A program made the translations under genes and the position numbers. DNA of 64,000 nt, taken from assembly GCA_963827655.1 (NCBI GenBank), contig CAWHCF010000049.1, positions 365,824-429,823 on the forward strand. Direction: 5' to 3'. The notes below the pieces were generated by a model, which worked only from the letters and a program-made list of their open reading frames with translations, had not been told where the DNA came from and searched no databases. Source of the stretch: an uncultured Acidobacteriota bacterium. GTDB taxonomy: Bacteria > Acidobacteriota > UBA6911. This document shows positions 20,278 through 30,461 of this stretch, one piece after another. Position 1 is the stretch's first letter; every line of letters begins with the position of its first letter.

Positions 20278-21603
20278 TTATTTCGAGTGCTCTAGTAGCT
20301 TCCTCTCAATTTCATCCGCCCAACGAACCTCGTCGTTTCGCTGTTTGCGCGCTTCTCGGATAAGACCCAAGTTTCTCGCCGTGGTTGCTGGTTCCCAGGA
20401 TTCCCGTATTAAGGTCAGCGCAACAGTTAATGAGCTAGTCGCTTGTTGTTGATCTTTGGCTAAGACCGCCAACTCAACCAGAGTGGCATAATCCCAGTAA
20501 TCAGGCTTACCCGTCGCGATACGACGCTCAACCGCGTACGCAACAACCGGGACCAGCCTTTGCTGGCGCGTATCCGGCGGTTCCCTCAGCTCCATCAATG
20601 TAACGGCATTGATTCCAGGGTAAGCGTCTCGCCAGTCAGCCTCGAATCCTTGGAGATAGGTTTCTATGGCCTTTTCCAGCAGGCTCTTTGCGACTGATAT
20701 GTCCTTTCTTTTTGATGCTTCCTCCCATTGATCTTTGTAGATACGCCCAAGAATGCTGCAACTTTCGCTGCTGGGCCCTCGCTTTTCAATCAACTCCTTT
20801 AAAGTCTCTTCGGCTTGGCGTCTCTCGCCGAGGCGATTGAGCGCGAGGGCGAGCTGTTCTTGCACCATGACGGTTGACGCCAAGGGTCGTGACATTTTGT
20901 TTACTAGATCGGTCATTTCCTTCCAGGCCTGAACAGCGCGATAGGAAAGAAGGAGATCAATAACCACTCCAGTGTCACAATGTTCAATGTTGCCAAGCTC
21001 GGCTTCTATTGCGCGCAGCGCTTCAATGTTTTTACCTTTCCGCGCCGCCGCAAGTTGAGCTTTCCTCTCTGGCGAGTATGCTACTACTTCTCGGAAGACG
21101 TCAGTTTTCGTGTGGGCAATACCAGGGTAATTTTCCACCAGCTCATAGATCGAACTGCCAGGAGCCGACTCTCGAACTTCTTTCAATTGAAAAGCCAGCG
21201 CAGCCTTAGCACCCTGAACGTCTTTCAGAGATCCGTTGGAAGTTAGCGCGTAGGTTAAGGTCCGGAGCGTACCGTGGTCAAGGGTCACGCCGCTCGCCTC
21301 GGAAAGGATGACCACCGTAGAGTTCGGACGCACTGCATCCCGCGCACCCAGCTCATAGATCGCGTTGGCATTGGCTGTCGTCAGGTCCACGACCGCGTAC
21401 TCGCAAAGAATAGCTTGCTCAACCATAGGCTTGTGAATCATTCCCCCGATCACCGGCTCATCGGGCCGAATCGCCTCGAGCCCCGCTTCTTTTATTGCAG
21501 GCGCCACCAGGTCTCGATAAATCCCTTCAAAATCGATCGTGAACCCCTTTCCGTCGGCTTTCTGGCCATAGGGCATAAAAACAAAGCAAAGTGGTCGACT
21601 CAT
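20278..21603 (-). CDS. NDT-like (nucleoside 2-deoxyribosyltransferase/TIR-like Rossmann) domain + DUF4071-type TPR protein (ASK1 N-terminal-like)
   Basis: 441-aa intact ORF. N-terminus MSRPLCFVFMPYGQK…AILCEYAVVDLTTANANAIYELGARDAVRP is an NDT-like signature with Glu in an E-[LA]-G context. C-terminal ~250 aa are TPR-like and homologous to the N-terminus of the patatin protein. ~50% GC versus ~63% in flanking genes. Confidence 0.8.
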   Translation of the reverse strand: MSRPLCFVFMPYGQKADGKGFTIDFEGIYRDLVAPAIKEAGLEAIRPDEPVIGGMIHKPMVEQAILCEYAVVDLTTANANAIYELGARDAVRPNSTVVILSEASGVTLDHGTLRTLTYALTSNGSLKDVQGAKAALAFQLKEVRESAPGSSIYELVENYPGIAHTKTDVFREVVAYSPERKAQLAAARKGKNIEALRAIEAELGNIEHCDTGVVIDLLLSYRAVQAWKEMTDLVNKMSRPLASTVMVQEQLALALNRLGERRQAEETLKELIEKRGPSSESCSILGRIYKDQWEEASKRKDISVAKSLLEKAIETYLQGFEADWRDAYPGINAVTLMELREPPDTRQQRLVPVVAYAVERRIATGKPDYWDYATLVELAVLAKDQQQATSSLTVALTLIRESWEPATTARNLGLIREARKQRNDEVRWADEIERKLLEHSK

Positions 21604-21693
21604 AAAATCAGGACCCGTCTCCCTGCACCTCGGCTGAAAAACACCGACGGCTATGAAAACCCGTGCTCTCTCGAGCCACCTGACAATTCGTCT

Positions 21694-22963
21694 TTAAAGC
21701 TCCCAATTCAACACGCGCCGACGGTAAGGATAAGCGATGCGATGCAGAATACCTAACAACTCAACGTCATCGGAGTAAAAGAAGACCTGCTGATCGCGGA
21801 ACATGAACGGAGGGCGACGGCGTGGCGATCGTGCAACCAAATAGAGTTTTGCATCAGCTCCCCGAGCGATACCAGCTTCTATGCAAGTGTTCAAGTTGTC
21901 TTCCGAGATGTCTGAGGCCACCATCGATGCCTTCGCGATTCGCTCAATAATGGTCTGCTGGATCTGGCCCTCGCGAATATCATCGCCCACAACACACGGA
22001 GTTCCCGTGACGCGCTGAAGAATCTGTTTGATGACCTGATTCCGCACTCGGTTTTGATCGTCGAAATTGGTGGAGAGAAAAGTATAGTGGGGCCGTGGAG
22101 GTCGTTTCCATTCATCAGAGATCCACTCAATGCCTTTGCGCAAGCTATTCGCAACTGTGCTGTTGAAACCTCCGTCTGAAGGCGCGACCCGTATTAGACG
22201 TTGCATCGAGCCCTCGGTTACCTGAACACTCGGTTCCGCGATAACAAGGCAAGGCAGGCCGAGCGCTCCAGCAATCTCAATTTCCTGTAGCATGTACTTT
22301 GAAGTCTCACCGTTACCACGATCTGGAAGGATGGCGACCAGTCCCCCACAGCTCGAAATGATGCTCTGAATCCGAGTTGCCTCGACTCCTGGCCAATCCT
22401 TCGAGTCACCAACAAGCCTGAAATCAGCCTGGGCGAGAACTTCTTTGCATATACCGTCGGCCAGGGACGACTCACTTTCTCTCCACGTTCGACTGACGTA
22501 GACGTCACGGGTTTTTTCGAAATCCAGATCCACTTCGTCGTAATACAGATCCGCGAGAAACTGACCATAGGTGACCACTTCTCTCTTATCTTGGACAAGG
22601 TCAACCCACTTGGTCGTTTGCAGGAACCCGGGCACTTGGCATTCGTCAATGCGCACTGGAATAACGCGAAAATCTTTGAGTTGCGTCCGCTGGCCAATCG
22701 CCGCTTCATACTCCTCTCTGACCCAACCCGAATTGATAGAAGCGCTCGATAATACGATGATCATGGAACGGCATTGAGTGACGGATTCCGCGAGTCGTGT
22801 CGCGATGGTAGCGCCGGCGGGTAGATGGCGGGCGTCGTACCAGATCGGAATTCCTGATACCTCACTCAGCCACTTATGCAGACCGTCAACAAATGACTTG
22901 TCGGCATGCGCGTGGCTAAGAAAGGCACAGAACTTGCGCTTGTTTAATGGCAGTTCCCGCCAA
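21694..22963 (-). CDS. TIR-domain protein with two C-terminal NDT-like domains; N-terminal 66 codons of the TIR domain lie upstream of the annotated ATG (22764) with no in-frame canonical start (probable frameshift near 22950, or CTG start)
   Basis: Manual translation upstream of M22764 in the same frame gives a canonical TIR N-half: …LPLNKRKFCAFLSHAHADKSFVDGLHKWLSEVSGIPIWYDARHLPAGATIATRLAESVTQCRSMIIVLSSASINSGWVREEYEAA. A perfect SD aaggagg (22970-22976) and a TTG (22963-22961) sit in a different frame that stops after 15 codons. Downstream domains: DVYVSRTW…CLVIAEP and HYTFLSTNF…ASMVASDISEDNLNTCIEAGIARGADAKLYLV; the second matches the partner gene's NDT-like motif. Confidence 0.75.
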
Positions 22964-23095
22964 AATGTCCCTCCTTGAACTCAAGTATGTCCAGAAAGTC
23001 TACTGTCGATGCCGCAAATTCGAGCTCGAAGATGCCGAATATAGCAGTACTGTTCTTGATGTGCGATCAGTATTTCCGTGGGCTAATTTCCTTGG

Positions 23096-23155
23096 AGTGC
23101 GGTAGCAAGCTTGCTACTGCCTTAGGTCGGCGAAGCTTGCTTCGCCGACGCCAAA
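23096..23155. repeat. GCAAGCTTGC-type palindromic repeat pair (tagcaagcttgcta … cggcgaagcttgcttcgccg)
   Basis: Two adjacent perfect hairpins sharing the HindIII-like core; related copies at 24846-24910 and 58424-58470. Confidence 0.5.
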
Positions 23156-23247
23156 CCTTACAGGCGGTGCGAGCGCATGAACCGGGAGCTTTTTCAACGC
23201 GCTCTGATGACCCGTTCCACAGACCCAATCTTTCACAGCTTCTCAGG

Positions 23248-23324
23248 GCGGGGATCTTGAAGACTCCCCTGACACGAGGTCCGAAGGACCGGCGCGCCGG
23301 CTGTGTCGCAGCTTTGGCGCTCTT
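23248..23324. repeat. ~75-bp dispersed hairpin-rich repeat (copy 1)
   Basis: cccctgacacgaggtccgaaggaccggcgcgccggctgtgtcgcagctttggcgctc is >90% identical to 48240-48298. Contains the ggtccgaaggacc hairpin. Confidence 0.6.
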
Positions 23325-23482
23325 CTTGACCAGCGCGGACGGCCGGCGAACTTGATTCGGCATCCACCTCTTTTGACCAACCCGAGAGTGTTTGACATCG
23401 ACCGGCGAAATAGCTAACCTCAATACGCTTTCACAGGCCGAATTCCAATTGACGACTCATTGGCACTTGCCGCGGAGGTCTT

Positions 23483-24832
23483 ATGAACCGTCGCCAGTTT
23501 CTCGAAGGAACCGCTGCCGCGAGCGTGGCAGCGACTCTATCAAGGCCGGGTGCCTCAGTCGCGAGCCCGAACGATATGGTAAACGTGGCTATCGTCGGAA
23601 TTCGAGGCGAAAGCCAGGGGCAGCCGACGTGGACCCGGCTCGGCCGAGGGCAGGATCACTACGCCGGCCTATCGCATGTGAAGAACGCCCGGATTACGCA
23701 CGTGGTCGACATCGACGAGCGCCACTTTGCGACGGTGCTTCCCAAGCTCCGGTCACGGTGGGGCGGGGATCCGAAGACCGAGACCGACATTCGGCGCATC
23801 CTGGATAATCGCGATGTCGACGCCATCACGATCGCGGTTCCCGATCACTGGCACGCGTTGATGACGGTCTGGGCCTGCCAGGCGGGCAAGGACGTTTATG
23901 TCGAGAAGCCGGTGTGCCACAACCTCTTCGAAGGCCGCAAGATGGTCGAAGCGGCGCGAAAGTACAAGCGCGTTGTGCAGGCGGGCACGCAGCGCCGCAG
24001 CAACCAGCTTACGAAAGAAGCGGTAAAGTTCCTCCAGTCCGGAGGGCTGGGGAAGCTGTACGCCGCACGCTGCTCCGTGCTGCGGCCGCGCGACCCGATA
24101 GGACACAAGGTCGACGGTCCCGTTCCAGAGGGAGTCCACTACGACCTTTGGCTGGGGCCCGCGCCCCTACGCCCCTTCAACGAGTTGCGCTTCCACTACA
24201 CCTGGCACTGGTTTTGGGACTACGGTGACGCGGACCTGGGGAACAACGGTGTGCACGTGCTCGACATCCTGCGCTGGGCGATCGGCAAGCGGGAGCATCC
24301 GCGCCGTATCCACTGCACGGGCGGGCTGTTCGACAAGGGCGCACCCACCGACCAGGAGACCCCGAACACCCAGTACGTCACGTTCGAGTATGCCGACGGC
24401 ACGAACCTGCGCTGCGACGTGCAGGGCTGGTACGGCGGGAGCGACGGAGGCGGGAGTTTCATCTATGGCACCGAGGGTTGGATGGATCTCGGCGGCAGGG
24501 AAGGCCCCCGGATCTTCTTGGGACGCAAGAATGAGCCCGGGCCCGACCTGCGCAAGCTGGCCGGGGGCGGTCAGGGCGATGACGAGGGTCCCGACCCGCA
24601 CTTCCAGAACTTCATCGAATGCGTCCGGTCGCGCAAGTGGCAGGAACTGGCCGCCGACATCGAAGAGGGGTACATGTCAACCGCGCTGTGTCACCTGGGA
24701 AACATCTCCTACCGGCTCAAACGCCCGCTGGTCTTCGACGGGCGCAGCGAGCGCTTCCCGGACGACGCGGAGGCCAACCGGTTCCTCACTCGCGAATATC
24801 GCCGGCCGTTCGTCGTCCCCGAGAAGGTGTGA
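23483..24832 (+). CDS. Gfo/Idh/MocA-family NAD(P)-dependent oxidoreductase with Tat signal
   Basis: Tat motif NRRQFLEGTAAASVAA. N-terminal Rossmann VNVAIVGIRG…; …DVDAITIAVPDHWHA…VYVEKP. 449 aa. Confidence 0.9.
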   Translation: MNRRQFLEGTAAASVAATLSRPGASVASPNDMVNVAIVGIRGESQGQPTWTRLGRGQDHYAGLSHVKNARITHVVDIDERHFATVLPKLRSRWGGDPKTETDIRRILDNRDVDAITIAVPDHWHALMTVWACQAGKDVYVEKPVCHNLFEGRKMVEAARKYKRVVQAGTQRRSNQLTKEAVKFLQSGGLGKLYAARCSVLRPRDPIGHKVDGPVPEGVHYDLWLGPAPLRPFNELRFHYTWHWFWDYGDADLGNNGVHVLDILRWAIGKREHPRRIHCTGGLFDKGAPTDQETPNTQYVTFEYADGTNLRCDVQGWYGGSDGGGSFIYGTEGWMDLGGREGPRIFLGRKNEPGPDLRKLAGGGQGDDEGPDPHFQNFIECVRSRKWQELAADIEEGYMSTALCHLGNISYRLKRPLVFDGRSERFPDDAEANRFLTREYRRPFVVPEKV

Positions 24833-24845
24833 CGGCTCGCTTTTG

Positions 24846-24910
24846 GAGTGCGCAAGCTTGCTAAGCTTGCTTGCGCCTTGTGTTGCGGCAGCTTGCTGCT
24901 GCAGCACGGA
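24846..24910. repeat. GCAAGCTTGC-type palindromic repeat (gtgcgcaagcttgctaagcttgcttgcgccttgtgttgcggcagcttgctgctgc)
   Basis: Shares gcttgcgccttgtg..gcgg.a.cttgctgc.gc with 58424-58470. Lies immediately after the oxidoreductase stop and overlaps the annotated first ~20 codons of the next ORF. Confidence 0.5.
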
Positions 24911-25747
24911 ATCGCTAGACTCCAGGCGCTTTCGCCATTCCAGATACGTTATCGTAATTGCGAAAGCATCCCTGCGCCGAAGAAAAAAGCCTTGAGCCGT
25001 CAGCCGTCCGAGCCCGATGTCCTCCGCTGCGATTTCTGTGGTAAATCGCAGTCTGACGTGAGGAAATTGATTGCCGGGCCGCACGTCTACATCTGCGACG
25101 AGTGCGTGGAGATATGCGTTGAAATCCTGGGCGACGAAGGCGTGAACGTCACGATCGTCCCAGAACCAACAGTCAAGAATGAGAGGATCCCGGACCATAC
25201 CATACTCTGGCGCAGATTGGACCAGGCGGGCCATGAGTCAGCGCGGCTGTCCTATCGAGATTTCTCCTGGCATCTGAACGGAACGTCGGTGTTTGCGCAT
25301 CAACAGCAGCCGTGCCGGCTCGACTACCTGGTGATCTGCAACCGGAAATGGCAGACCGTGTTCGGGCGGGTTAACGGCTGGGTCGGGGACCGGCCCATCA
25401 ATATCGAAATCTCGGCGGACACTTCACGACGCTGGCAGCTCAACGGGAAAGAGAATCCCGAAGTTGAGGGGTGCATCGACCTGGACCTTAACTTCAGCCC
25501 GTCGACCAACCTGCTTCCGATTCGACGGCTGGACCTGGCGGTCGGAAACGAAGCCAACGTACGGGCAGCCTGGCTTCGCTTTCCCGCTTTCACGTTTGAA
25601 CCACTCGACCAGCTCTACCGCCGTACGGATCGCGCGACCTACCATTACGAAAGTGGGGGTGGCGCCTTCGTCGCTGAACTCAGGGTGAGTGAGGCAGGGT
25701 TCGTCACGCATTACTCAGACTTTTTTGAGATCGTCGCGCCGTCATAG
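24848..25747 (+). CDS. ClpX-type C4 zinc-finger fused to a putative glycolipid-binding-like (PF06475-like) domain; true start probably downstream of 24910
   Basis: [36 protein letters not shown] is a ClpX-N-type zinc finger. C-terminal ~190 aa (…[11 protein letters not shown]…[19 protein letters not shown]…) resemble the glycolipid-binding family; family assignment is from memory. Confidence 0.55.
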   Translation: MRKLAKLACALCCGSLLLQHGIARLQALSPFQIRYRNCESIPAPKKKALSRQPSEPDVLRCDFCGKSQSDVRKLIAGPHVYICDECVEICVEILGDEGVNVTIVPEPTVKNERIPDHTILWRRLDQAGHESARLSYRDFSWHLNGTSVFAHQQQPCRLDYLVICNRKWQTVFGRVNGWVGDRPINIEISADTSRRWQLNGKENPEVEGCIDLDLNFSPSTNLLPIRRLDLAVGNEANVRAAWLRFPAFTFEPLDQLYRRTDRATYHYESGGGAFVAELRVSEAGFVTHYSDFFEIVAPS

Positions 25748-25810
25748 CCAGTCCACCGGCTCTCGGACGCGGCACGAGATCGTCCTGTTCGTGCCTCAAC
25801 GCCACACAAA

Positions 25811-26092
25811 ATGCCCGTACGAGCAAAACAGATCAGAGTTCACGGCAGAGTCCAGGGCGTGGGGTTTCGTTATTTTGTGCAACGGGCCGGCAACCGCCTC
25901 GGTCTCACAGGGAATGTGCGCAATTGCCCGGACGACACCGTGGAGATCGTGGTGGCAGGTGACCCAGAATTGATAGAAGAATTCTTGAAGGAGGTCACCA
26001 AGGGGCCGCCACTCTCCAGGGTCGAGCGTCTTGAGATCAACGACGTAGCTCCGGTCGAGAAGTTCCGAAGTTTTCAAATTGAGGGATGGTGA
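25811..26092 (+). CDS. acyP: Acylphosphatase
   Basis: 93 aa; signature VHGRVQGVGFRYFV and GNVRNCPDDTVEIVV. Confidence 0.9.
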   Translation: MPVRAKQIRVHGRVQGVGFRYFVQRAGNRLGLTGNVRNCPDDTVEIVVAGDPELIEEFLKEVTKGPPLSRVERLEINDVAPVEKFRSFQIEGW

Positions 26093-26610
26093 TCATGCGA
26101 GATCTGAAAGCGGCGATCCGCCAGATTCCTGATTGGCCCCGCAAGGGAATTCTCTTTTACGACGTGACTACTCTCCTCAAGGACGGGCAATGCTTTCGGC
26201 AGGTCGTTGATGCTCTGGTAGCCCCATTTCAGGATAAACCGGTGGAGGTGGTCGTCGGAATTGAGGCCCGCGGATTCATCTTCGCGCCGACCGTGGCCTA
26301 CGGCCTCAATGCGGGTTTTGTTCCTGTGCGGAAGCCGGGGAAACTGCCGGCGCCGACTCACCGAGCCGTGTACCAGCTCGAATATGGGACCGATAGCCTG
26401 GAGATCCATCAGGATGCGATTCAGCCGGGACAAAGAGTCTTGATTGTGGATGACCTCATCGCCACCGGAGGTACGGCGAAGGCGGTCGCCGACCTGGTTC
26501 AGGTGATGGGAGGAATTGTCTTGGGATTCGCTTTCCTGGTCGAGCTTGAATTTCTGAATGGGCGCGACAGGCTGGCGGATTACCAGATCACGAGCGTTCT
26601 GAAATACTGA
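26086..26610 (+). CDS. apt: Adenine phosphoribosyltransferase
   Basis: 174 aa; PRPP-binding motif VLIVDDLIATGGTAKA; …IPDWPRKGILFYD…. Confidence 0.9.
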   Translation: MVIMRDLKAAIRQIPDWPRKGILFYDVTTLLKDGQCFRQVVDALVAPFQDKPVEVVVGIEARGFIFAPTVAYGLNAGFVPVRKPGKLPAPTHRAVYQLEYGTDSLEIHQDAIQPGQRVLIVDDLIATGGTAKAVADLVQVMGGIVLGFAFLVELEFLNGRDRLADYQITSVLKY

Positions 26611-26638
26611 AGGTTGAAGACCCGAAGCGGGAGCCTCC

Positions 26639-28063
26639 ATGCCGGAGTTTCATGCCGAACCTTATGTCTACCTGGCTGGACTGACTCACAAAGCGGCGCT
26701 CATTGCGTGGGGAGGTTTCTACTTCCGAGTCCGAGATCAAAAATCGGATGGAAGTTGGAAACTCGTAGACGACCGTGACCTGGAACATGTTCACCCGCCC
26801 CGGCGCGAAAGCATCGGGGCGAGGTCGGAGCCGTATGGGCCGGCTAAGGTCGAAGTTTTTGATGCCTCCGGAACGCTGGTTTCATCGGCTGAAACCGCCA
26901 CGACCAACCACGTCTGGGTTCCAGGACTCGCACCCGACACGGAATACACCTATCGCGTCATTGTGAATGGCGAAGTTTGGGGAGACGGCGAGCGCCGCGA
27001 CTGGGTCACTGGTTCGGACGGTCAAGGTCTGGTCCGCACCGGCCGGAGGTACGAGAATCGTTTCCGAACTCATCCCCATCCGGAGGAATCCGCCTCGCTG
27101 ACGTTCGCAGTGCTGGGCGACTTCGGAACCGGCGTTCGCAAATCGTCCAAGCCGGAGAAGAGACAACGCGAGGTGGCACGGGCGCTCGACCGGGCCATCG
27201 ATGAAAGAGGAGTGCGCCTGATCATCACAACCGGTGACAACATCTATGCCGGCAAAACCTTTCTCGGGTTGCCCGTGGGGGCCACGGGCGACGAAGACGA
27301 TGACTGGTTTTTCACTTTCTATCAGCCCTACCGATACATCATCAATCGCATTCCGGTTTACCCTTCCGTGGGCAACCACGACAGCAACGAATCGGAAGCG
27401 AGCGACGACCGCCAGCAACTGATCGACAATTTCTATCTTGCGGAGCGTTTTTCGGGCGAAGAAGCAGCCGGTCGAGCGTCCATAAACCCCGGCCTCTTTT
27501 ACCGCTTCCACTATGGCGCCGAAATCGAGTTCATCTGCATAGACACGTCGCGGCAGTCGAGCCTGTTCTCAAAACGGTTTTTCGAGCATCCGAATCACAT
27601 CGCGTTCGTGGAAGCATCATTTCCCGCATCGGGCGCCGCGGCCAGCGACTCGCCGGCCTGGCGCATCCCTTTTTCACACCACCCTCCATATTGTGCGGGC
27701 CCTCGACATTTCAATTCGCGCTCGATGATCGAGAAGCTCGTGCCGTTGTTTGAACGCGCGGGAGTCCGGGCTGCCTTCAGCGGACACGAGCACAATTTTC
27801 AGTATTCGCGCGCGGGCAAGATTCACTACTTCGTCACGGGCGCCGGGGGCAAGGTCCGGCTCGAGACGCCTTCAGAGTTCAGCAAGGCGCAAACGTCCGC
27901 ATGGGCGAGCGCCGGCCATTTCTTACTCGTGGAGGTGGACCGACGGCAAATGATCGTGAGTCCGATCGGAGAAATTGGTTCAGACGACACTCTGTCAAAC
28001 CTGCGCATCGTGAGCCCGGACAATCAGGCCATAACGACGCCAATCATCATTCCCCGGGCATGA
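26639..28063 (+). CDS. Purple acid phosphatase-like metallophosphoesterase (calcineurin-like) with N-terminal FN3-like domain
   Basis: Motifs GDFG, GDNIY, GNHD, GHEHNFQY (metallophosphatase signature). 474 aa. Confidence 0.85.
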   Translation: MPEFHAEPYVYLAGLTHKAALIAWGGFYFRVRDQKSDGSWKLVDDRDLEHVHPPRRESIGARSEPYGPAKVEVFDASGTLVSSAETATTNHVWVPGLAPDTEYTYRVIVNGEVWGDGERRDWVTGSDGQGLVRTGRRYENRFRTHPHPEESASLTFAVLGDFGTGVRKSSKPEKRQREVARALDRAIDERGVRLIITTGDNIYAGKTFLGLPVGATGDEDDDWFFTFYQPYRYIINRIPVYPSVGNHDSNESEASDDRQQLIDNFYLAERFSGEEAAGRASINPGLFYRFHYGAEIEFICIDTSRQSSLFSKRFFEHPNHIAFVEASFPASGAAASDSPAWRIPFSHHPPYCAGPRHFNSRSMIEKLVPLFERAGVRAAFSGHEHNFQYSRAGKIHYFVTGAGGKVRLETPSEFSKAQTSAWASAGHFLLVEVDRRQMIVSPIGEIGSDDTLSNLRIVSPDNQAITTPIIIPRA

Positions 28064-28124
28064 CGCCGAGCGCACGGGCTCGAGCGTTTTCGAGGGCAGG
28101 GGGGATGATTTCGAGACAGCTCAT

Positions 28125-28958
28125 ATGAGGCCGACTACCTTCACACTCGCCCTGATCGTGATCTTCGGTACGGCCTGCAGCCGCGCGCCTTCCGATAATC
28201 CTGAGGGAGAGCGGCGAGCCAACCCTGGCGTGCATGACGCCCTGAAAGCGAAAAACCCGGGCTACAGCGGCCAGGGGCAATTCGAGCCACGAGCCGGCGG
28301 GTTTGCAGCCACGTTGCGTGAGAGCGGGATCAGCGATCTCAGTCCCTTGAAAGAAATGCCCCTGAGAGAACTCGATCTCCAGAATAATCCCGTCACTGAC
28401 TTGAGCCCGCTGCAGGGGTTGCCGCTGGAAGCGCTTTACCTCGAGGGAACTCAGGTCAGCGATCTTCGACCGCTCAAAGGCATGTCGCTGCGCGTTCTCT
28501 ATCTCAGTGGAACCAAGGTGAGCGACCTTTCGCCCCTCAGAGGTGTGCCTCTGCGCGAACTCAATCTGCTGGGCACGCAGGTCACGGATCTCGCGCCTCT
28601 CTACGGCGCGCCGCTGGAGATCGCGTGGCTCAACGAAACACCGGTGCGCGATCTGACCCCGCTCGAAGCTTCGCCACTCGTCAGCCTGACAATCCACCGG
28701 ACACGCGTCGAGAATCTCAGCCCGATTCGCAAGTTGAAAACCCTCCAGCGGCTCCATCTGGCTGAGACCCCGGTCAGTGATCTGACGCCGCTTGAAGGCA
28801 TGGAACTGGTTCGATTGATTTTTTCGCCCGGGCGCATTCGGAAGGGGATCGGGGTAGCGAGGAAGATGAGTTCGATCCGCGAAATCGGCACCGACCTTGA
28901 GGGACGACTCTCACCCGCTGTATTCTGGGAGATGTACGATAAGGGGGAATTCAAGTAA
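28125..28958 (+). CDS. Leucine-rich-repeat (LRR) lipoprotein
   Basis: Signal/lipobox-like LALIVIFGTAC followed by ~9 tandem 22-aa LRRs (LxxLxLxxTxVSDLxPL). Confidence 0.8.
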   Translation: MRPTTFTLALIVIFGTACSRAPSDNPEGERRANPGVHDALKAKNPGYSGQGQFEPRAGGFAATLRESGISDLSPLKEMPLRELDLQNNPVTDLSPLQGLPLEALYLEGTQVSDLRPLKGMSLRVLYLSGTKVSDLSPLRGVPLRELNLLGTQVTDLAPLYGAPLEIAWLNETPVRDLTPLEASPLVSLTIHRTRVENLSPIRKLKTLQRLHLAETPVSDLTPLEGMELVRLIFSPGRIRKGIGVARKMSSIREIGTDLEGRLSPAVFWEMYDKGEFK

Positions 28959-29029
28959 GCGTCTTCGTGTCTCAGCGGTTAGTACTGAAAAACCAAAGCC
29001 ACCGCCAAGACACGAGGACACAAAGAAGC

Positions 29030-29036
<7 letters not shown>
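28959..29036. repeat. REP-like extragenic inverted repeat pair (gcgtcttcgtgtctcagcgg … ccaccgccaagacacgaggacacaaagaagcttag)
   Basis: Between the convergent LRR and monooxygenase genes; same family as 10682-10740. Confidence 0.6.
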
Positions 29037-30337
<1,301 letters not shown>

Positions 30338-30371
30338 CGAGTTACCTTTCGGGTTTTGACCAGCGAGCTTA

Positions 30372-30392
30372 AGATGACATTTTGTCATTATA
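30372..30392 (-). promoter_or_regulatory. Candidate -10 (TATAAT) followed by perfect palindrome ATGACAAAATGTCAT upstream of the monooxygenase gene
   Basis: Minus-strand reading ttcttctgTATAATgacaaaatgtcatcttaag, ~35-50 nt upstream of the start at 30337. The palindrome overlaps the expected +1 and is operator-like. The -35 is poor. Confidence 0.35.
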
Positions 30393-30410
30393 CAGAAGAA
30401 ACTTGGCGCC

Positions 30411-30461
30411 GCGAAACAAATACCACGACGAAACAAAGACACGAAGAAACGCTAAGCGACC
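30411..30461. repeat. REP-like extragenic repeat (gcgaaacaaataccacgacgaaacaaagacacgaagaaacgctaagcgacc)
   Basis: Near-identical to 61156-61205 (gcgaaacaaataccaccaggatccaaagacacgctagcgc). Confidence 0.6.

Noticed and set aside
23067-23423. Minus-strand ORFs 23067-23423 and 48119-48376 sharing the peptide ATQP..RSFGPRVR
   Set aside because: The shared peptide is a by-product of translating the ~75-bp dispersed DNA repeat; no RBS or start context. Regarded as repeat, not genes.
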